Assembly (NCBI GenBank): GCA_017613995.1
Contig: JAGACT010000026.1
Span: 1-31,620 of the forward strand
Direction of reading: 5' to 3'
Source: Eubacteriaceae bacterium
Lineage (GTDB): Bacteria > Bacillota > Clostridia > Eubacteriales > Anaerofustaceae
Length of the DNA: 31,620 nt
Part shown: in pieces, positions 7,722 through 16,945 of the stretch
Position numbering within the stretch: position 1 is the first letter of the stretch
Layout of the letters: each line of letters starts with the position of its first letter
Translations under genes and position numbers: made by a program
The notes under the pieces: model-generated
Told to the model about the DNA's origin: nothing
Databases searched by the model: none
The model's input: the letters and a program-made list of their open reading frames with translations, nothing else

Positions 7722-9080
7722 ATGAACAGAAAACTCGACATGACCACCGGCACCGGCTGGAAGAAGGTCATAGTATTCGCCATACCGCTGATGATAGGAA
7801 ATATCCTTCAGCAGCTCTACAACACCGTGGACGGCATAGTGGTGGGCCGCTTCGTGTCCGAGACCGCCCTGGCGGCGGTGGGCAACTGCGGCACCCTGAC
7901 GTTCCTTTTCGTGGGCATCGCCTCCGGGCTCTCCAACGGCTGCGGCATAGTGGTCGCCCAGTTCTTCGGGGCAGGGGGCCGGGATGATATAAGAAAAGCG
8001 GCCTCCACTTCCTTCGCCCTGGCGGCGGCGGGAGGTCTCATCATGAGCCTGGTGGGCACTCTGGGGGCCGGGGCCCTTCTCGGGGGACTGATGAACATCA
8101 GAGAAGCCGACATACTGGAGGCTGCGGTCCTCTACATAAGGATCTACTCCCTGGGAGTGCTGTTCCAGTTCATCTACAACTGCACCGCGGCCATGATGCG
8201 GGCGGTGGGGGACAGCCGCGCCAGCCTGTACTTCCTGGCGGTATCCACCATGACGAACCTGATGCTGGACCTGCTCTTCGTTTTGAAGTTCGGCCTGGGG
8301 GTCATGGGAGTCGCGGTGGCCACGGTCATCGCCCAGTTCATCAGCATAATCTTTTCCCTGAGCTACATGAGAAAAAAGTACGATATCTTCGCCTTCTCCC
8401 TTTCGGAGATCCGCTTCGATCCCGAGATGAGCCGAAAGTGCCTGAAGATGGGCATACCCACGATCCTTCAGTCCAGCGTCATCGGTCTCGGAGGCGTCCT
8501 GATGCAGAGGATCGTCAACCATTTCGGACGCACCCTGATGGCGGCCTTCACCGTGGGCAACCGCATGGAGAACTACATCTTCATCCCGATCCAGGGCCTG
8601 GCGGTGGGCATGTCCACCTTCACGGGACAGAACGTGGGGGCGGGAAAACCCCAGCGGGTAAAGGAATGCTGGAAGAGGATAGAGCTTACGAGCTTCGTCT
8701 TCTCCTCCGTCATAGCCCTTTTGGTCTACGTCTTCTCGGAGGAGATCGCCCTGCTGTTCGGCCTTTCGGGTGAAAGCTTCGATCTGGCTGTCAGAATGAT
8801 CCACTTCCTGTGCATGTTCTGCTTCCTGTTCGCCCTGTATCTTCCCACCGTCAACGTGCTTTCCGGTTCGGGGGACGCCTACTTCGCGATGCTGTGCTCC
8901 TTCTCGACGCTGTCCATAAGGATAATAGCCGCGGCCATCATGGTATACATCTTCGGGGTGGGACCCCACGCTGTATGGGTATCGGTGCCCATAGGATGGA
9001 TATGCTGCCTGAGCCTTGCCGTGGGCCGCTACATGAGCGGAAGATGGCAGGAAAAGGCCCTGGTTGGAAGGAAAAACTGA
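7722..9080 (+). CDS. MATE family efflux transporter
   Basis: 452 aa from ATG 7722; 'LQQLYNTVDGIVVGRFV', 'RAVGDS', 'GQNVGA'. Confidence 0.93.
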   Translation: MNRKLDMTTGTGWKKVIVFAIPLMIGNILQQLYNTVDGIVVGRFVSETALAAVGNCGTLTFLFVGIASGLSNGCGIVVAQFFGAGGRDDIRKAASTSFALAAAGGLIMSLVGTLGAGALLGGLMNIREADILEAAVLYIRIYSLGVLFQFIYNCTAAMMRAVGDSRASLYFLAVSTMTNLMLDLLFVLKFGLGVMGVAVATVIAQFISIIFSLSYMRKKYDIFAFSLSEIRFDPEMSRKCLKMGIPTILQSSVIGLGGVLMQRIVNHFGRTLMAAFTVGNRMENYIFIPIQGLAVGMSTFTGQNVGAGKPQRVKECWKRIELTSFVFSSVIALLVYVFSEEIALLFGLSGESFDLAVRMIHFLCMFCFLFALYLPTVNVLSGSGDAYFAMLCSFSTLSIRIIAAAIMVYIFGVGPHAVWVSVPIGWICCLSLAVGRYMSGRWQEKALVGRKN

Positions 9081-9117
9081 AAAACATCAAATTTAAAATA
9101 GACAAGGAGAAAAAAAC

Positions 9118-10551
9118 ATGGCTGGTATCATCATTCTCGTACTTATAGCCGTCCTGCTGGCGGTGGTGCTGGCGCGCACCGCGGCCTTCAGGCCCCACGG
9201 AGAGGAAAAGAAGGAATACGCCCCTCTGGAATTCGACCGGGAGCGGGCGGTGGAGAACCTGAGGGAACTGGTAAGGTGCAAAACGGTCTCCTACTACGAT
9301 CACTCCCTGGAGGACGACGCCGAATTCGATAAGCTCATCGGCCTGTTTGAGAAACTGTATCCGAACGTCTGGAAGAACTGCGAGCTCACGCACTTCGACG
9401 GCAGGGGACTGCTGTTTCGCTGGAAGGGGAGCTCCTCCGGGGGTGAATGTCCCGTGTTCATGGCCCACTACGACGTGGTGCCGGTGGAGGAGCAGTTCTG
9501 GGACGAGGATCCCTTCGGCGCTGTAATAAAGGACGGCAGGATCTGGGGCAGGGGCACCGTGGATACGAAAAATTCCCTCAACGGAATCCTTACCGCCGCG
9601 GAAAACCTCATGGCCTCGGGCTTCACCCCGAAAAACGACATTTATTTCGCCTTCTCCGGCGGGGAAGAGGTGGAAGGCCTCGGAGCCAGGAACATCGCCC
9701 TGTGGTTCAAGGAGAACGGCATCGTGCCCTCCTTCGTGCTGGACGAGGGAGGAGCCGTGGTGGAGAACGTGTTCCCCGGAGTCAAGGGTCCCTGCGGCCT
9801 TATCGGCATAGCGGAAAAGGGCATGTGCAACATGACCTTCACCGCCAACTCCGACGGCGGGCATGCTTCCGCACCCGGGCCCCATACGCCCCTGGGCATA
9901 CTTTCCCTGGCATGCGCCAGGATGGAGGCCCATCCCTTCAGGAGACGCTTCACCGTTCCGGTGCTGGCCATGTTCGATACCCTGGGAAGGCATTCGGGCT
10001 TCGTGTACAGGATGATCTTTTCCAACCTCTGGCTCTTCGGGGGAGTGCTGGATCGGATCTGCAAAAAGAGCGGCGGAGAACTCAACGCCCTGGTGCGCAC
10101 CACCGTGGCCTTCACCCAGATGCAGGGAAGCCAGGCGGTGAACGTGATACCGCCCACAGCCTCCATGACCGCCAACCTCAGGCTGAATCCCGGGGATACG
10201 GTGGAATCCGCCCTGGCCTACGCCAGGCAGACCGTAAAGGACGGCTCCGTGATTATCACCGCGGAGGGAAGGGATCCGTCCCCGATCTCCCGCACCGACT
10301 GCTTCGGCTGGGAAGTGGTCTCCGACGCCGTCAGGGCAGCCTGGCCCGGCAGCATCGTGGCGCCCTACCTGATGGTGCAGTGCTTCGACTCCCGCCACTA
10401 TTCTGACGTGTCCGATCGGGTATACAAGTTCTCGGCGGCGGACCTTACCGCGGAAGAGAGGCACGCCCTCCACGGCAACAACGAGCACATCAGGCTCGAG
10501 ACCGTGGGAAGAGCGGTGGAATTCTTCATGAGGATCATGAAGGAGTGCTAG
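9118..10551 (+). CDS. M20 family metallopeptidase (carboxypeptidase S/PM20D1-like), N-terminal membrane anchor
   Basis: 'AHYDVVP', 'WGRGTVDTK', 'GGEE', 'LDEG' and 'HGNNE' zinc-ligand motifs. Confidence 0.9.
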   Translation: MAGIIILVLIAVLLAVVLARTAAFRPHGEEKKEYAPLEFDRERAVENLRELVRCKTVSYYDHSLEDDAEFDKLIGLFEKLYPNVWKNCELTHFDGRGLLFRWKGSSSGGECPVFMAHYDVVPVEEQFWDEDPFGAVIKDGRIWGRGTVDTKNSLNGILTAAENLMASGFTPKNDIYFAFSGGEEVEGLGARNIALWFKENGIVPSFVLDEGGAVVENVFPGVKGPCGLIGIAEKGMCNMTFTANSDGGHASAPGPHTPLGILSLACARMEAHPFRRRFTVPVLAMFDTLGRHSGFVYRMIFSNLWLFGGVLDRICKKSGGELNALVRTTVAFTQMQGSQAVNVIPPTASMTANLRLNPGDTVESALAYARQTVKDGSVIITAEGRDPSPISRTDCFGWEVVSDAVRAAWPGSIVAPYLMVQCFDSRHYSDVSDRVYKFSAADLTAEERHALHGNNEHIRLETVGRAVEFFMRIMKEC

Positions 10552-10572
10552 AAAACGAAACTCAAAAGAAAG

Positions 10573-10606
10573 ACAGGGGCTTTCCCGATACCGGGAAAAC
10601 CCCTGT
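10573..10606. terminator. bidirectional terminator
   Basis: ACAGGGG-c-TTTCCCG-ATAC-CGGGAAA-a-CCCCTGT between convergent genes. Confidence 0.8.
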
Positions 10607-10613
10607 TGTGTTC

Positions 10614-12185
10614 TTATATGTACTTTTGTATCAGAGCTTCCGCGCAGCTGATGCCGTCGCAGGCGCTGGACACTATGCCTCCGGCGTAGCCCGCTCCTTC
10701 CCCCGCGGGATAGAGCCCCTCCACGGAGATGCTCTGCATGTCCTTTCCCCTCAGGATCCTTACCGGGCAGGAGGTGCGGGTCTCCGGTGCCAGTATCAGG
10801 CCGCCGCCGAATCCCCTGATCTTCTTCGAATACTCCGTCAGTGCGTTCTTCAGGGGCCCCGATATCTCCTCCGGCAAAACTTCGTTCAGATCCGTTCTGA
10901 CCCAGGAAGGCTTCATGGTGGAAGCGGTCACACACCCCTCGCCGGTCCCGGTGAATTCACCGATCTCCATTCCGGGCACGGCGTAGGTTCCCCCAGCGGC
11001 TTCGAAGCATTTTCTTTCTATGGCTTTCTGATACTCGATCCCCGAAAGGGGGTGGTCCCCCGGATAGTCCTCGGGCCTGACCGTGACCACCAGGGCGGAA
11101 TTGGAGTTCTCCCCGCTTCTGGCAGAAAGGCTCATGCCGTTGATGCACACAAGCCCCCGGCTGCTGGAGGCGTTGATGACCTCTCCTCCAGGGCAGTTGC
11201 AGAAGGTATAGACCCCTCTTCCGGAGGGATCCCTGTAGGTCACGGAGAATTCCGCCGCGGGCAGGGGCTCCTTCGCGTACCTGCCGTAGACGTATTCGTT
11301 CATGACGCTCTGGGGATGCTCTATCCTGACGCCCACCGCGATGGCCTTGGGCTCCAGGGCGACTGAGGAGGAATAAAGCATCGAAAAGGTGTCCCGGGCG
11401 GCGTTTCCCACCGCCAGCACCAGTTCGTCGCATTCGAGCCTTTCAGTGCCGTTCACCGTGACGGAGCGTACATGTCCTCCGGCGGTCTCAAACCCCGTGA
11501 GGGTCGATTCGAAGCGGAAGGAGGCTCCCTGGGCCTCGAGATACATCTTGATGCCGGTGACGATGCCCCGCAGCATGTCGGTGCCCACGTGGGGCCGGGC
11601 GTTGTACATTATGGACTCATCGGCGCCGAAGGTAACGAAGCTCTCCAGTACCTTTCTGATGTGAGGGCTCTTTATCCTGGTGTTCAGCTTCCCGTCGGAA
11701 AAGGTGCCCGCTCCTCCGAGGCCGAACTGCACGTTGGATATCTCCGAGAGGGTCCCGGTCCCTGCGAACTCCTCCACGTCCCTCTGTCTTTCGGGTATGT
11801 CCCGCCCCCGCTCCAGGATCACCGGGCGGATGCCCGCCTCGCACAGCTGAAGGGCGCAGAACAGCCCCGCGGGACCGCTTCCCGCGATGACCACCCTGGG
11901 GGAGGATCCCGCTGAGGGCGTGGGGGGCAGCGCCTTCGGGGGCTCCGAGGGCTTAAGAAGTTTGTTCTTTATCGGGACAGGGGAGGTTATCAGTACGCTG
12001 TAGACATAAAAGATGCCCCTGGATTCATGAAAGCGTGAGTCCAGGGATCTTCTGGTGATCTCGACAGTCGAGCTCTCCTTAAGATGAAGCCTGCGCCTCA
12101 GGAGAGCCTTCTCGTCGCATCCTTTTATTACTTCCAGCGCGTCGAGTCTGATCTCGGACGCGGTATAGCAGTACTTTTTACTCAT
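10614..12185 (-). CDS. NAD(P)/FAD-dependent oxidoreductase (uncharacterised clostridial flavoprotein family)
   Basis: GSGPAG Rossmann motif, 'GLGGAGTFSDGKL', 'FCNCPGG' and 'GEGAGYAGGIVSSA'; start overlaps the cdaR stop. Confidence 0.88.
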   Translation of the reverse strand: MSKKYCYTASEIRLDALEVIKGCDEKALLRRRLHLKESSTVEITRRSLDSRFHESRGIFYVYSVLITSPVPIKNKLLKPSEPPKALPPTPSAGSSPRVVIAGSGPAGLFCALQLCEAGIRPVILERGRDIPERQRDVEEFAGTGTLSEISNVQFGLGGAGTFSDGKLNTRIKSPHIRKVLESFVTFGADESIMYNARPHVGTDMLRGIVTGIKMYLEAQGASFRFESTLTGFETAGGHVRSVTVNGTERLECDELVLAVGNAARDTFSMLYSSSVALEPKAIAVGVRIEHPQSVMNEYVYGRYAKEPLPAAEFSVTYRDPSGRGVYTFCNCPGGEVINASSSRGLVCINGMSLSARSGENSNSALVVTVRPEDYPGDHPLSGIEYQKAIERKCFEAAGGTYAVPGMEIGEFTGTGEGCVTASTMKPSWVRTDLNEVLPEEISGPLKNALTEYSKKIRGFGGGLILAPETRTSCPVRILRGKDMQSISVEGLYPAGEGAGYAGGIVSSACDGISCAEALIQKYI

Positions 12186-13374
12186 TTCTGACCGTTACGA
12201 TGACAGTTTTCTGGGTGGTATCGATTATGGTGACTCCGTCCGGTATGTCGTACTGGATCGTCAGTTCGTGCTCTCCCTCCTCCAGGCCGGAAAGGTCTAT
12301 GAAAGCGGGGATGGTATCCTCGTTGAGACCGTCCAGCATCTCCGCGTTTGCCATCACCGTGATGGCCACGTCCAGTTCGTCGGTGATGATCCCTGTGGTC
12401 CCTCCCGAGGAGTTTCTGAACTGCACGGAGTTGTACACGATGGTCTTGGTGGATACCCTATCGATGGTTATGTGGGCCACGACATCGTCCTGGGAATACA
12501 CGCTGACGCCCTCGGGCAGGTCGAATCCCAGCACCGCGTCGAAGGACTGGGACGCTCCGGCAAGGGACACCGGCACCGTGTCTGCCTTGGATATCTCATC
12601 CAGAAGATAGCTCTCGCCGGCGATGAGGATGTCCGGGGAGGAAAGGGTTATGCCGTTGACGGTGAAGCCCTCCGCGGGCTCGTCCTCCAGCACCACGTTT
12701 ATGGGCACCATCCTGGTCTGTCCCACAGTCACGTACACTTCCACCGAGGAGGGTGAGATGGTGACGTTGTCGATCTTCTTTCCGTTGCCGTCGTAGGCGG
12801 CCAGCACGGCTTCCTCGCTGAAGCTGGTGTTCTGTCCGGACAGGCCGTAGTATCCCTTTATCACGGCTATGGTCTCTGTGACGTTGTCGCTTCCTATGAC
12901 GGACACCTGCACGTCGTCATAGTACGTGTCCAGCAGGATGCATCCCGGGGCCAGGCTGCCTGTGGATTCCAGTTCGAAATCCGTGGCGGTGTTTATCACG
13001 TTGCCCACCCGGACCAGCACGTACTTGTCGCTGATCTCGCTGATGCTCACGTATTCGGGCAGGCCCTCTATCACTACTTCAAGGGTATACTCTCCCGAAC
13101 GGGTAATGGAGCCCAGGTCCACCACGGCCCTGATGTCGGCCCGGTTTATCTTGGATATCTTGGTGGCCGTGCCGGAGAAGCGGACGGTTATGCCTTCCAG
13201 GGGATTGTCCACCACCAGGCCCTCGGACACGTTTATGTATTCCACCGGCAGGTTGGTGAACCTTACCGTCTTCACCGGGTCGGTGTTCGCCGTGGCGCTC
13301 ACCCACAGGAAGAACGCCAGGAAGAGGGACAGCAGGGCTCTGAGGATCTGTTCTCTGCCTATCTTGGTCTTCAT
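12178..13374 (-). CDS. cdaR: CdaR/YbbR family c-di-AMP cyclase regulator
   Basis: 398 aa from ATG 13374; N-terminal TM 'LLSLFLAFFLWVS' then acidic beta-rich YbbR repeats; TGATG coupling to cdaA. Confidence 0.9.
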   Translation of the reverse strand: MKTKIGREQILRALLSLFLAFFLWVSATANTDPVKTVRFTNLPVEYINVSEGLVVDNPLEGITVRFSGTATKISKINRADIRAVVDLGSITRSGEYTLEVVIEGLPEYVSISEISDKYVLVRVGNVINTATDFELESTGSLAPGCILLDTYYDDVQVSVIGSDNVTETIAVIKGYYGLSGQNTSFSEEAVLAAYDGNGKKIDNVTISPSSVEVYVTVGQTRMVPINVVLEDEPAEGFTVNGITLSSPDILIAGESYLLDEISKADTVPVSLAGASQSFDAVLGFDLPEGVSVYSQDDVVAHITIDRVSTKTIVYNSVQFRNSSGGTTGIITDELDVAITVMANAEMLDGLNEDTIPAFIDLSGLEEGEHELTIQYDIPDGVTIIDTTQKTVIVTVRNE

Positions 13375-14210
13375 CAGTTCTCCTCCTTCTCGGGCCTGCT
13401 GCCCGGGGAATTGACCAGCGCGTCCGTAAGGACTTTGGTGAGGGCCTTCGCGTCCAGGAAACGGGAGAGCTTTCCGTTGAGGGCGTAGCTTATGACTCCG
13501 GTCTCCTCGCTGACGATCACCACTATGGCGTCCGATATCTCGCTCATGCCTATGGCGGAGCGGTGACGGGTGCCTATCTCCTGGGAGAGGCTGCGGTTCT
13601 GGGTCAGGGGCAGGAGGCATCCCGCCGCCTTGATGCGGTGGTCCTCATTGCCTATGACCACGGCTCCGTCATGAAGCGGCGTGTTGGGGGTGAAGATGTT
13701 TATAAGGAGCTGCCTGGTGGGCACCGAATCCAGCAGGGTGCCGGTATCGATGATGTCCTTCAGGGAGGTGTCGCGTTCGAACACGATAAGGGCTCCCGTT
13801 TTGGTCTTCGACATCTCGCTGGCGGCGGACACCACCTGGTCGATGGTCTTTGTGATGCTCTCGGTCTCGTCCTTTCCGGAGAAGGACGAGATGAAGTCCC
13901 TGAGCCTGGTGGATCCTATCTTTTCCAGCGTCCTTCTCAGTTCCGGCTGGAACATGATGATGATGGCGATCAGTCCCACTGTCAGCAGGTTCCTGAGTAT
14001 ATAGTTGATCGTGACCAGCCCTATCCATCCGCTTATCTGGGTAAGGGCCACGATGATCAGTACGCCCTTAAGCACCTGTATGGCCTGGGAATCCTTGAGC
14101 CATTCCAGGAGGATGTAGATCACTGTGGCGGTGATGAGAATGTCGATCACCGACATGAAGTTCATGGCCGACATACCGGTGGATATGACGGATCTGAGCG
14201 TTTCCCACAT
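13374..14210 (-). CDS. cdaA: diadenylate cyclase CdaA
   Basis: Three TM helices, 'FQPELRR', 'IFTPNTPLHDGAV', 'GTRHRSA', 'VSEETG'. Confidence 0.96.
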   Translation of the reverse strand: MWETLRSVISTGMSAMNFMSVIDILITATVIYILLEWLKDSQAIQVLKGVLIIVALTQISGWIGLVTINYILRNLLTVGLIAIIIMFQPELRRTLEKIGSTRLRDFISSFSGKDETESITKTIDQVVSAASEMSKTKTGALIVFERDTSLKDIIDTGTLLDSVPTRQLLINIFTPNTPLHDGAVVIGNEDHRIKAAGCLLPLTQNRSLSQEIGTRHRSAIGMSEISDAIVVIVSEETGVISYALNGKLSRFLDAKALTKVLTDALVNSPGSRPEKEEN

Positions 14211-14245
14211 GGTGTTTCTCCTCGAAAAGTATCTCTTATCCTAAT

Positions 14246-14274
14246 ATTTTACCACAGCGGGGAGCTCTTATCTA
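14246..14274 (-). promoter_or_regulatory. promoter of the cdaA operon
   Basis: TAGATA-17 nt-TAAAAT with extended TG. Confidence 0.55.
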
Positions 14275-14325
14275 CCGGCATGCAGATTAAAATACCGTGA
14301 GGAACGCCGGAGGCTGGGCAGCGGT

Positions 14326-14363
14326 AAAAAAAAAGGACGGACAAGCCATGGGAGCTTTCCGTC
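14326..14363 (-). terminator. terminator of the small lipoprotein-like unit
   Basis: GACGGA-AAGC...GCTT-g-TCCGTC followed by T9 on the minus strand. Confidence 0.75.
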
Positions 14364-14502
14364 AAACGAATTCCCCGTCCCCCAGCTCCGCGGTGAAGGA
14401 TATCTTCGGTTCGGGCCCGTTTGTTTCTTTGCACTGGCCCTGCTCTGCGGAGCAGCCTCAGATAAACATAAGTGCAGTAAGTAAGATCAGTTTTCTTTTC
14501 AT
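14362..14502 (-). pseudogene. small lipoprotein-like ORF interrupted by TGA inside the lipobox
   Basis: MKRKLILLTALMFI*GCSAEQGQCKETNGPEPKISFTAELGDGEFV*; SD AAAGGA at 14511-14516; TGCTATAAT at 14540-14548. Confidence 0.6.
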
Positions 14503-14591
14503 AATAATGATCCTTTCGCTTGAACATGCTGTCCGCCATATTATAGCAGATACGGGGATGCGGTGCGGCTGAAAACCGCCAGGGAAACACT

Positions 14592-14618
14592 AAAAAAAGC
14601 GGGCGAAACGCCCGCTTT
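14592..14618 (-). terminator. terminator of the aldehyde dehydrogenase gene
   Basis: AAAGCGGGCG-TTT-CGCCCGC followed by T7 on the minus strand. Confidence 0.85.
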
Positions 14619-14635
14619 GAAGCAGCCTGAGATTA

Positions 14636-16063
14636 TCAGTTCTTGTTTACGCTGATCCACTTCTCGGAAGTGAACTTGTCGATGACCCAGTGGTTGTTGA
14701 ACCTGCCTACGCCGCTCATCTTCTCCCCGCCGAACATTACGTGGGGCTCGTCCGCTATGGACTGGTCGTTGATGTGGGTCATGCCGGTCTCGAGCCTCTT
14801 GGCCAGCTCCATGCCGTGGAACACGTCACGGGTGAAGATGCATCCGGAAAGACCGTACTCCGTGTCGTTCGCTATCGCCAGGGCTTCCTCCTCGTCCTTT
14901 GCCTTGATCAGGCAGATGACGGGTCCGAACACCTCGTTGCAGCAGGCGGGCATGTCGTTGGTGCAGTCCTTGAATACCCAGGGATAGATGTAGTTGCCCT
15001 CGGTATGGCCCTCGAGAGCCACGGTGGCTCCGGCCTTGATGGTGCCCTCGATGAAGCCCTCCACGCTCTTTACCTGGGTCTGGGAGATGACCGGTCCCAG
15101 GAACACTTCGGGATCGTGGGGATCGCCCACCTTGATGCCCTTGACCATCTCGACGTAGATCTTCGCGAACTCCTCGTAGACGGGCTCTTCGATGATGATC
15201 CTGTTGAGGGCCATGCATACCTGTCCCTGATTGAAGAAGGCTCCGAAGATCGCGCTGGCGGCGGCCTTCTCCAGGTCGGCGTCCTTGAGCACCATCATGA
15301 CGTTGTTGCCGCCCAGCTCCAGGGACACGTCCTTGATCATGTTGCCGGCGGTGGCGCCTATCATCTGGCCCACTTCGGTGGAACCGGTGAAGCTGATGGC
15401 GTCCGGGATCGGATGCTCTACGAAGTAATCGCCGATCTCGCTGCCCTTTCCGGCTATGGCGTTGTATACTCCCTTGGGGAAGCCGGCCTTCTCGAAGAAC
15501 TTGCCGATGATGAACGCCGTGCCCGGAGTGTCGGAGGCGGGCTTCAGGACCACGGTGTTTCCGCAGGCCACCGCGGGGACCACGCTTCTCATGGCCAGTA
15601 CCAGGGGCACGTTCCAGGGAGCGATGACTCCGATGACTCCCTTGGGGGCCTTGAAGGTGAAGTTCTCCTTGCCCGGGGTGTCGGAGGCTATGGTCTCGCC
15701 CCTCATGAGGTACGGGAACGCCATGGCCTGTTTGCAGATGTTGATGCACATGCCGATCTCGAAGTCTACCTTGGGCTTGGTGGATCCGCCTTCGCAGATC
15801 AGGAGGTCCGCCACCTCGTCGGCCATCTCGGCGATGGCGTTGCCCAGCTTCTCCAGCATGGAAGCCTTCTCGCCGGGAGTGGTCCTGGCCCATGCCGGGA
15901 ACGCAGCCCTGGCCGCGGCGTAGGCCGCGTCCACGTCGGCCTGGCTGGCCGCCTTGTAGGTATACAGGACGCTGTTGTCCATGGGGCAGGTGTCTTCCAT
16001 CACCTTGTCGCTGGTGCCTTCCACCCACTGACCGTCAATGTACAGTTTGTCGTATGCTATCAT
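14636..16063 (-). CDS. NAD(P)+-dependent aldehyde dehydrogenase, possibly benzaldehyde/vanillin-type
   Basis: 'IAPWNVP', 'KPASDTP', 'FTGSTEVG', 'LELGGN' Glu, 'FNQGQVCMA' Cys, 'EVFGP', 'FGGEKMSGVGRF'. Confidence 0.93.
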   Translation of the reverse strand: MIAYDKLYIDGQWVEGTSDKVMEDTCPMDNSVLYTYKAASQADVDAAYAAARAAFPAWARTTPGEKASMLEKLGNAIAEMADEVADLLICEGGSTKPKVDFEIGMCINICKQAMAFPYLMRGETIASDTPGKENFTFKAPKGVIGVIAPWNVPLVLAMRSVVPAVACGNTVVLKPASDTPGTAFIIGKFFEKAGFPKGVYNAIAGKGSEIGDYFVEHPIPDAISFTGSTEVGQMIGATAGNMIKDVSLELGGNNVMMVLKDADLEKAAASAIFGAFFNQGQVCMALNRIIIEEPVYEEFAKIYVEMVKGIKVGDPHDPEVFLGPVISQTQVKSVEGFIEGTIKAGATVALEGHTEGNYIYPWVFKDCTNDMPACCNEVFGPVICLIKAKDEEEALAIANDTEYGLSGCIFTRDVFHGMELAKRLETGMTHINDQSIADEPHVMFGGEKMSGVGRFNNHWVIDKFTSEKWISVNKN

Positions 16064-16105
16064 GTTTTTCTCCTTTCGGTTAATTGATTGTCTTTCTCTT
16101 TTAAT

Positions 16106-16135
16106 AGTATATAATAAGACGTCTTAATGATTCAA
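16106..16135 (-). promoter_or_regulatory. ALDH promoter with a palindrome in the spacer
   Basis: TTGAAT-18 nt-TATACT; perfect TAAGACGTCTTA at 16115-16126. Confidence 0.6.
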
Positions 16136-16169
16136 CTGTTTTTTCTTCCCGGGACATCATTTGGAAGCT

Positions 16170-16502
16170 CTACTTCTTCGGTTTCAGGACCAGTCCCAGG
16201 ATCCCGCTGATGCCGAGGGTCACCGTTACTATGATAAGTATCATCACGAGTCCCATGGGATCCCCCGCTATGGCCCCCATGACTCCAGAGTAGACTGCTT
16301 CGCCCAGGGCCATCAGGTGGGTGGTGACTCCGAATCCCCCTGCCTCGGCGATGGGACCCATGATCCCGAAAAAGCCGAGGACCGCTCCCAGGATGATGCC
16401 TCCCCTGAGGATAACCGGTACGGGGATGCGGACCTTTTCGATAAGAAGCTGCGCGATCACGGCGAACAGCGCCGGAAACAAAAATGCGTAAATGTAAGTC
16501 AT
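16170..16502 (-). CDS. divergent SpoVAC/SpoVAEb-family membrane protein (SpoVAEb-like)
   Basis: 110 aa; 'YAFL...FAVIAQLLIE...P..IL...ILGAVLG.FGIMGPIAEAGGFG.T...LGEAVYSG...LVLKPKK' follows the SpoVAEb pattern AF..GG.IC.IGQLL.D...FG.Y..F.E.AG.GA...FG..L..G...FKPK. Confidence 0.72.
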   Translation of the reverse strand: MTYIYAFLFPALFAVIAQLLIEKVRIPVPVILRGGIILGAVLGFFGIMGPIAEAGGFGVTTHLMALGEAVYSGVMGAIAGDPMGLVMILIIVTVTLGISGILGLVLKPKK

Positions 16503-16517
16503 TGTCTTTCCACCCTC

Positions 16518-16895
16518 CTAAAGCACGAAGGCCCTCAGAAGAGCCAGCAGGGCTCCCACGGCGAAGCCAGGGGCAATGACCCCCAGGATCTCTCCGAAGG
16601 CCCCCAGGACCGCTTTGCCCGCCTTCGCCCCGGCTCCTGCACGGGACGCGGCTCCTCCCGCCACGGTGGCGGAGAGCCCCGCGAAGGGAAAGAGCATCGC
16701 GGCGAAGCTCAGGCTGTTGAGCTTGTCAAACAGTCCGCTCACCCACAGGATGATGCCCAGCGCTCCCAGGGAGAGCATGACGGCGGGGGTGAGAAGGGGC
16801 ATTGTGAGCCCCAGGGCTGAATAGGCTCCCGCGAGGCACTGGGCCAGAAGGCCCATGCAGCCCGCGATCAGAAACGTATACAGGTACCTTTTCAA
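16518..16895 (-). CDS. divergent SpoVAC/SpoVAEb-family membrane protein (SpoVAC-like)
   Basis: 125 aa, TTG start after SD GGGAGG; 'TFLIAGCMGLLAQCL...YSALGL...SGLFDKL...FPFAGLS...VIAPGFAVG' follows the SpoVAC pattern AF.VGG.IC.IGQ...Y..LG...G.YDK...P.TGF...VI.YG. Confidence 0.65.
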   Translation of the reverse strand: MKRYLYTFLIAGCMGLLAQCLAGAYSALGLTMPLLTPAVMLSLGALGIILWVSGLFDKLNSLSFAAMLFPFAGLSATVAGGAASRAGAGAKAGKAVLGAFGEILGVIAPGFAVGALLALLRAFVL

Positions 16896-16914
16896 TTAAT
16901 TTTCCTCCCATCAA

Positions 16915-16945
16915 AAGCGGAGACGTGCATTGGACGTCTCCGCTT
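16915..16945 (-). terminator. 12-bp perfect hairpin, weak terminator or mRNA-stabilising stem
   Basis: AAGCGGAGACGT-N7-ACGTCTCCGCTT, only T4 on the minus strand, SD of the next gene 6 nt downstream. Confidence 0.55.

Noticed and set aside
7188-10935. Long antisense ORFs (593 aa at 7188-8969, 665 aa at 8938-10935) and similar shadow ORFs over ALDH, dnaE, ppsA and cob genes
   Set aside because: They lie opposite well-supported genes, lack motifs and SDs, and are expected from GC-rich codon bias
14458-14460. Genome-wide TGA reassignment explaining the lipobox TGA
   Set aside because: Many well-supported genes here (e.g. dnaE, cdaA, marR, sdaA, yhfC) end at TGA with expected lengths
14249-14590. 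113-aa minus-strand ORF from the track
   Set aside because: No SD or family motif; it runs through a promoter and a terminator. The lipoprotein-like frame at 14362-14502 explains the signals better
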